This document shows positions 60,886 to 64,000 of a DNA stretch of 64,000 nucleotides, one piece after another. Source of the DNA: Myxococcales bacterium. GTDB lineage: Bacteria; Desulfobacterota; Binatia; HRBIN30. Within the stretch, counting starts at the first letter, position 1, and each line of letters begins with the position of its first letter. Where the stretch lies: positions 80,505 to 144,504 of the forward strand of contig JBBILD010000011.1 of NCBI GenBank assembly GCA_037445065.1, read 5' to 3'. The position numbers and the translations under genes are program-made. A model generated the notes under the pieces. The model was not told the origin of the DNA, searched no databases, and saw nothing but the letters and a program-made list of their open reading frames with translations.

Positions 60886-61995
60886 CTAGGGTGCCACGTC
60901 GAGGAGGTCCGAGAAGCCGCTCGGCGCGTGTGGTCCAAGAATCAGTTGCTCGAGCACCCCTACTCCCACGATCCCGTTGCCCCTCACCTCGCAGAGGTTC
61001 TGAACGTGCAAGAACATGGGGATCTTCGGGTCCATCGAAGCAGCTTGCCACACCTCCCCGCCGATGACGTTTTCTCCCTGGTAGCGACCGTGACCCCACA
61101 CCGGCTGCCCGTAACCGAGCCCTGCCATGAAGCAGCGCAAACGCGTCTGTAACTCCAGGTCGATTCGGCCGGTGGTTGTGCTGGGATCAAAGGAAAGCTG
61201 GGCGCTGTGGATCCAGCGAGTCCCTGGCTCGAATGCCAGGGTATAGTTCACTTGCGTGCGCGCGGACTCGCTCGTCATGGACTCCTCCGCCTTGCCCGGC
61301 TGCAGCACAAAAGCCGCTTCGTGCCAGCGTTGCCCGTCGGACTCTTCGCTTACGCTGAAGTGCAGGCAATAGGAACCCCAGTGCAGCGGCGCCCAGAGCC
61401 AGAAGAACTGTGGCTTGGTCACCGGCAGACCACCTTCCGGTTGGCCAAGCGGTCGCACTCCCCACGACCGGTCCCGAGCCCCCAAAAAGCTCTGCGGTTC
61501 GAGCGCGAACCGTTTTTCAGCGGCGACCAGCTCGCCCCGCCACGCACCGTGCTGGGTGAGCCGGGTATAATCCATCCACAACCGGGGGCCTGTGCGGCGC
61601 TGGAAGCGGGGTTCTTCGATCGGTGGAGCGATTGCTTCGAACCGCAAGTGACCTGCAATGCCGTACTCGTTGTCAGTGATTTCGATCTCCAGAGTCTCCA
61701 GCGGACGGACAATGCCGATTCGAATCGGACCGACCGCGAGCGGAAACCGCTCGCCTCCGATCAGCGTGCGGGAGGCGTGGAGGATCCTCTGGTCGCCCTC
61801 GTAGACTACAGTGACGGCGGCATCCATCAACCGCCGGTTTGGGTAGATGCCGAACGCGATCGCGAAGAACAGCGATGCGTCCCTTTGGTAACCATGGAAG
61901 AAGTAGCGATCGTAAAAGTTCGGGTCGCTCGTACCCGGGAACGCAATGGGTTCGGCGGTCTGGTGAAAAGGGAAGTCGTCTCCGCGCGTGATCAT
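60886..61995 (-). CDS. Conserved hypothetical protein (369 aa)
   Basis: Long ORF with coding-like codon usage and no recognised domain. Confidence 0.55.
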   Translation of the reverse strand: MITRGDDFPFHQTAEPIAFPGTSDPNFYDRYFFHGYQRDASLFFAIAFGIYPNRRLMDAAVTVVYEGDQRILHASRTLIGGERFPLAVGPIRIGIVRPLETLEIEITDNEYGIAGHLRFEAIAPPIEEPRFQRRTGPRLWMDYTRLTQHGAWRGELVAAEKRFALEPQSFLGARDRSWGVRPLGQPEGGLPVTKPQFFWLWAPLHWGSYCLHFSVSEESDGQRWHEAAFVLQPGKAEESMTSESARTQVNYTLAFEPGTRWIHSAQLSFDPSTTTGRIDLELQTRLRCFMAGLGYGQPVWGHGRYQGENVIGGEVWQAASMDPKIPMFLHVQNLCEVRGNGIVGVGVLEQLILGPHAPSGFSDLLDVAP

Positions 61996-62185
61996 CGTTT
62001 CCTCTTGTCGGGGTTGAAAGGAACCGAAACGGCTGTCCTAGCGCGTGCGTGTGGTGTGATTTCGACGATCGAGGCGGGCCGCAACGGACTCGCCGGCCCC
62101 CACACAAACGGTTGGACACGAGGAGAGCGGGAAGAGCCCGCGCCGACCCCGCTGCGACGCTTGCGCGTAGTCCAAGCCCTCTGCC

Positions 62186-62701
62186 TCACTTCCGCTCTAG
62201 GGTTTCTAGCTCGCCGACACCGCACCGTGCTGCAACGTTCTCGAGGTACTGGCGGAACTGAGACGCATCGTCCTCGCTTTCACAGGGAAGCTCGAGCAAG
62301 CGCGCCCGTTCCGCAATGGGAAGCGCCTGCCACTGGGCAAGATGCAGTTTGATCCCGATGCGATCCAGCTTGCGGCGCACTGCCTCTGGAATCCAGGCCA
62401 GGGGGTCGTCGCCTTCGTTTGGCGCCGATTGCCACGCCGGTGGCGAGCCGCCCTCACATCCAATCACACGTGGCCGGCCGTGCTCCGGGATGGCAACGAC
62501 GTTGCGGCCGCCGCACTTCGGGCATGGAAAGTACGAGGTGCTGCCGTCGTGGCGGGCGAACGCGCGAAGGTCCAACAGCAACACGTTCTCGTCATCCACC
62601 TCGAACGGGAGAAGGGCGTTACACGCAGGATTCAGGCAGTGCAGCACGCGCACCCCACCACTCTTCCCTTTGCTTTTCGAACCGGTGCTCTCTTCGGTCA
62701 T
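62186..62701 (-). CDS. Hypothetical Cys4 zinc-ribbon protein
   Basis: Start at MTEEST. C-x4-C...C-x2-C ribbon (HCLNPAC...CPKCGG) plus a conserved C-terminal helical region. Confidence 0.5.
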   Translation of the reverse strand: MTEESTGSKSKGKSGGVRVLHCLNPACNALLPFEVDDENVLLLDLRAFARHDGSTSYFPCPKCGGRNVVAIPEHGRPRVIGCEGGSPPAWQSAPNEGDDPLAWIPEAVRRKLDRIGIKLHLAQWQALPIAERARLLELPCESEDDASQFRQYLENVAARCGVGELETLERK

Positions 62702-62837
62702 ACGGCGATTGCTTACTCGTAAGAGTGACAAAACGCTAGGCAGAAGGGTTGTTGTTGCCCGCCGCGTCTTCGGTGCGGCGGCAGCCGTACAATCTGTCTT
62801 GACAGCACCGAAGCTCTACTTCCATAGTGCGGGCTCC

Positions 62838-64000
62838 ATGCACAACTCACGAGTGGACAGCCTCGCGGCACGAGGAGCGGCGTTGCTGGGGAGTCGCGGT
62901 GGTTGGAGGTTGCAAACAGTCTTGGTGTTGTCGTTGTTCGTTGCCGTCCGCGGACCCGCGCAGTCCGATGCAGTTTCTTTCGAGCGGGTGGCGGTGGAGC
63001 CGCTGGTGGAAGGAACGTTGCTCGCCCTCGCGGCAGGTGATCTTGACCGGGATGGGAGAAGCGACTTGGTGACCGCGGACGCCGACGGTGACACCGTGGC
63101 CGTACTGTTCGGCAACGGTGATGGGACGTTTCTCCAACCGCCGTCTCTTTTTTCGCTGGAGGATTCCGCCAGTCCGAGGGCCATTTTGATGGCGGACGTA
63201 GACGGTAACGGAACGTCGGATGTGGTGGTCGCTGCAGAGGTGAGCAACACCGTGGCGGTGCTCCTGAACAGTGGAGATGGAGTGCTAGGTCGGCCAATAG
63301 CGATCCCGGTGGGAGAAGCCCCGGGAGCGTTAGCCGCAGGGGACCTGAATGGAGACGGAAGGCTGGACGTGGCCGTAGCGAACACCTTGGATGCGACGGT
63401 TTCTGTGCTCGTGAACCAAGGCGGAGGGAACTTCACCGTCGAGAGTACCTTCGAGGTCGGAGGGGGCCCTTCTGCAGTGCGAATTGCGGACCTCGACCGG
63501 GACGGGCGCCAAGAGCTGATCGTGAGCAGTCTCGATGGCGGAGAGGCATTGGTGGGTTCTGTGCAGATTTTCGCTAGGCAAGCAGAGGGTTTGTTCACCC
63601 TGGTGCAAGAGATCCAGGGGGATATGTTGGACGGACCGGTTGCTGTCTTGCCACTGGACACCAACGGCGACGGCGAGTTGGAACTCGCCGTCCTGAATCA
63701 AGATCTGGATGACGTGGCGCTTTTCGCGCGCAATGCTGCTGGTCAGTTCGAGTGGACCGGCGCGAGCTTTCCGGTGGCGATCCAGCCCAACGATTTTGCA
63801 AGTGCGGACTTCAACGGGGACGGGATTTCGGATCTTGCAGTTTCCAGTGAATTCGAGGATAAGGTTTCGGTGCTCTTGGGGCTTGATGATGGTTCGTTCG
63901 CGGCAAAGGTAGACTTCGATGTGGCCCCGGCGCCGCAAGCTCTTGCGCTGGCGGACTATGATCGGGACGGAAGGGTGGACATTGCGGTTGCAAGTCAGGA
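62838..64000 (+). CDS. Secreted FG-GAP/VCBS repeat protein (continues beyond the right edge of the window)
   Basis: Manual translation from ATG 62838 gives a signal peptide and at least seven repeats with DxDxDG Ca-binding loops (DLDRDGRSDLV, DVDGNGTSDVV, DLNGDGRLDVA and others). It is not in the ORF track because no stop codon falls inside the window. Confidence 0.75.
   Translation, partial: MHNSRVDSLAARGAALLGSRGGWRLQTVLVLSLFVAVRGPAQSDAVSFERVAVEPLVEGTLLALAAGDLDRDGRSDLVTADADGDTVAVLFGNGDGTFLQPPSLFSLEDSASPRAILMADVDGNGTSDVVVAAEVSNTVAVLLNSGDGVLGRPIAIPVGEAPGALAAGDLNGDGRLDVAVANTLDATVSVLVNQGGGNFTVESTFEVGGGPSAVRIADLDRDGRQELIVSSLDGGEALVGSVQIFARQAEGLFTLVQEIQGDMLDGPVAVLPLDTNGDGELELAVLNQDLDDVALFARNAAGQFEWTGASFPVAIQPNDFASADFNGDGISDLAVSSEFEDKVSVLLGLDDGSFAAKVDFDVAPAPQALALADYDRDGRVDIAVASQ

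Noticed and set aside
62713-63938. Minus-strand ORFs 62713..63297, 62816..63664 and 63330..63938
   Set aside because: They are antisense to the FG-GAP repeat protein gene, whose frame shows clear periodic DxDxDG repeats and a signal peptide.
1-64000. CRISPR arrays, IS elements, integrases and phage genes
   Set aside because: No regularly spaced direct repeats were seen, and no transposase, integrase or phage-like ORFs. Repeated sequence is limited to Thr/Pro-rich linker codons and intragenic domain repeats.

Overview
This is a high-GC (about 68%), gene-dense bacterial chromosomal segment with no rRNA, tRNA, CRISPR or obvious mobile elements. The left edge carries the conserved rimP-nusA-ylxR-infB transcription/translation operon on the minus strand, with infB truncated by the window edge, followed by greA. 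Most of the window is an acyl-CoA metabolism neighbourhood. It holds four family-III (CaiB/BaiF) CoA-transferases (3.8 kb, 27-29.5 kb as a tandem pair, 39.7 kb), two AMP-forming acyl-CoA synthetases, two acyl-CoA dehydrogenases, a methylmalonyl-CoA mutase with its MeaB GTPase chaperone, sucCD, an amidohydrolase, an M20 peptidase, an SDR epimerase and a TPP enzyme. Housekeeping genes (era, dgt, comF) are interspersed. Several secreted or envelope modules stand out: two tandem PQQ-like beta-propeller lipoproteins, two tandem proteins built from cohesin-like modules with Thr/Pro linkers, a 1,313-aa Cys-rich extracellular PHP-like metallohydrolase, a DUF1302/DUF1329 outer-membrane pair beside an orphan histidine kinase, a PBP5/DacA homologue that appears catalytically dead, and an FG-GAP repeat protein at the right edge. 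The most notable unit is a tightly coupled two-gene module at 42.7-45.9 kb, a 7TM-fused inactive transglutaminase plus a RimK-like ATP-grasp ligase with ATGA start/stop overlap. This is the conserved but experimentally uncharacterised peptide-modification system, here without its usual peptidase partner and sitting inside the acyl-CoA cluster. Many six-frame ORFs are antisense artefacts of the high GC content and were rejected.
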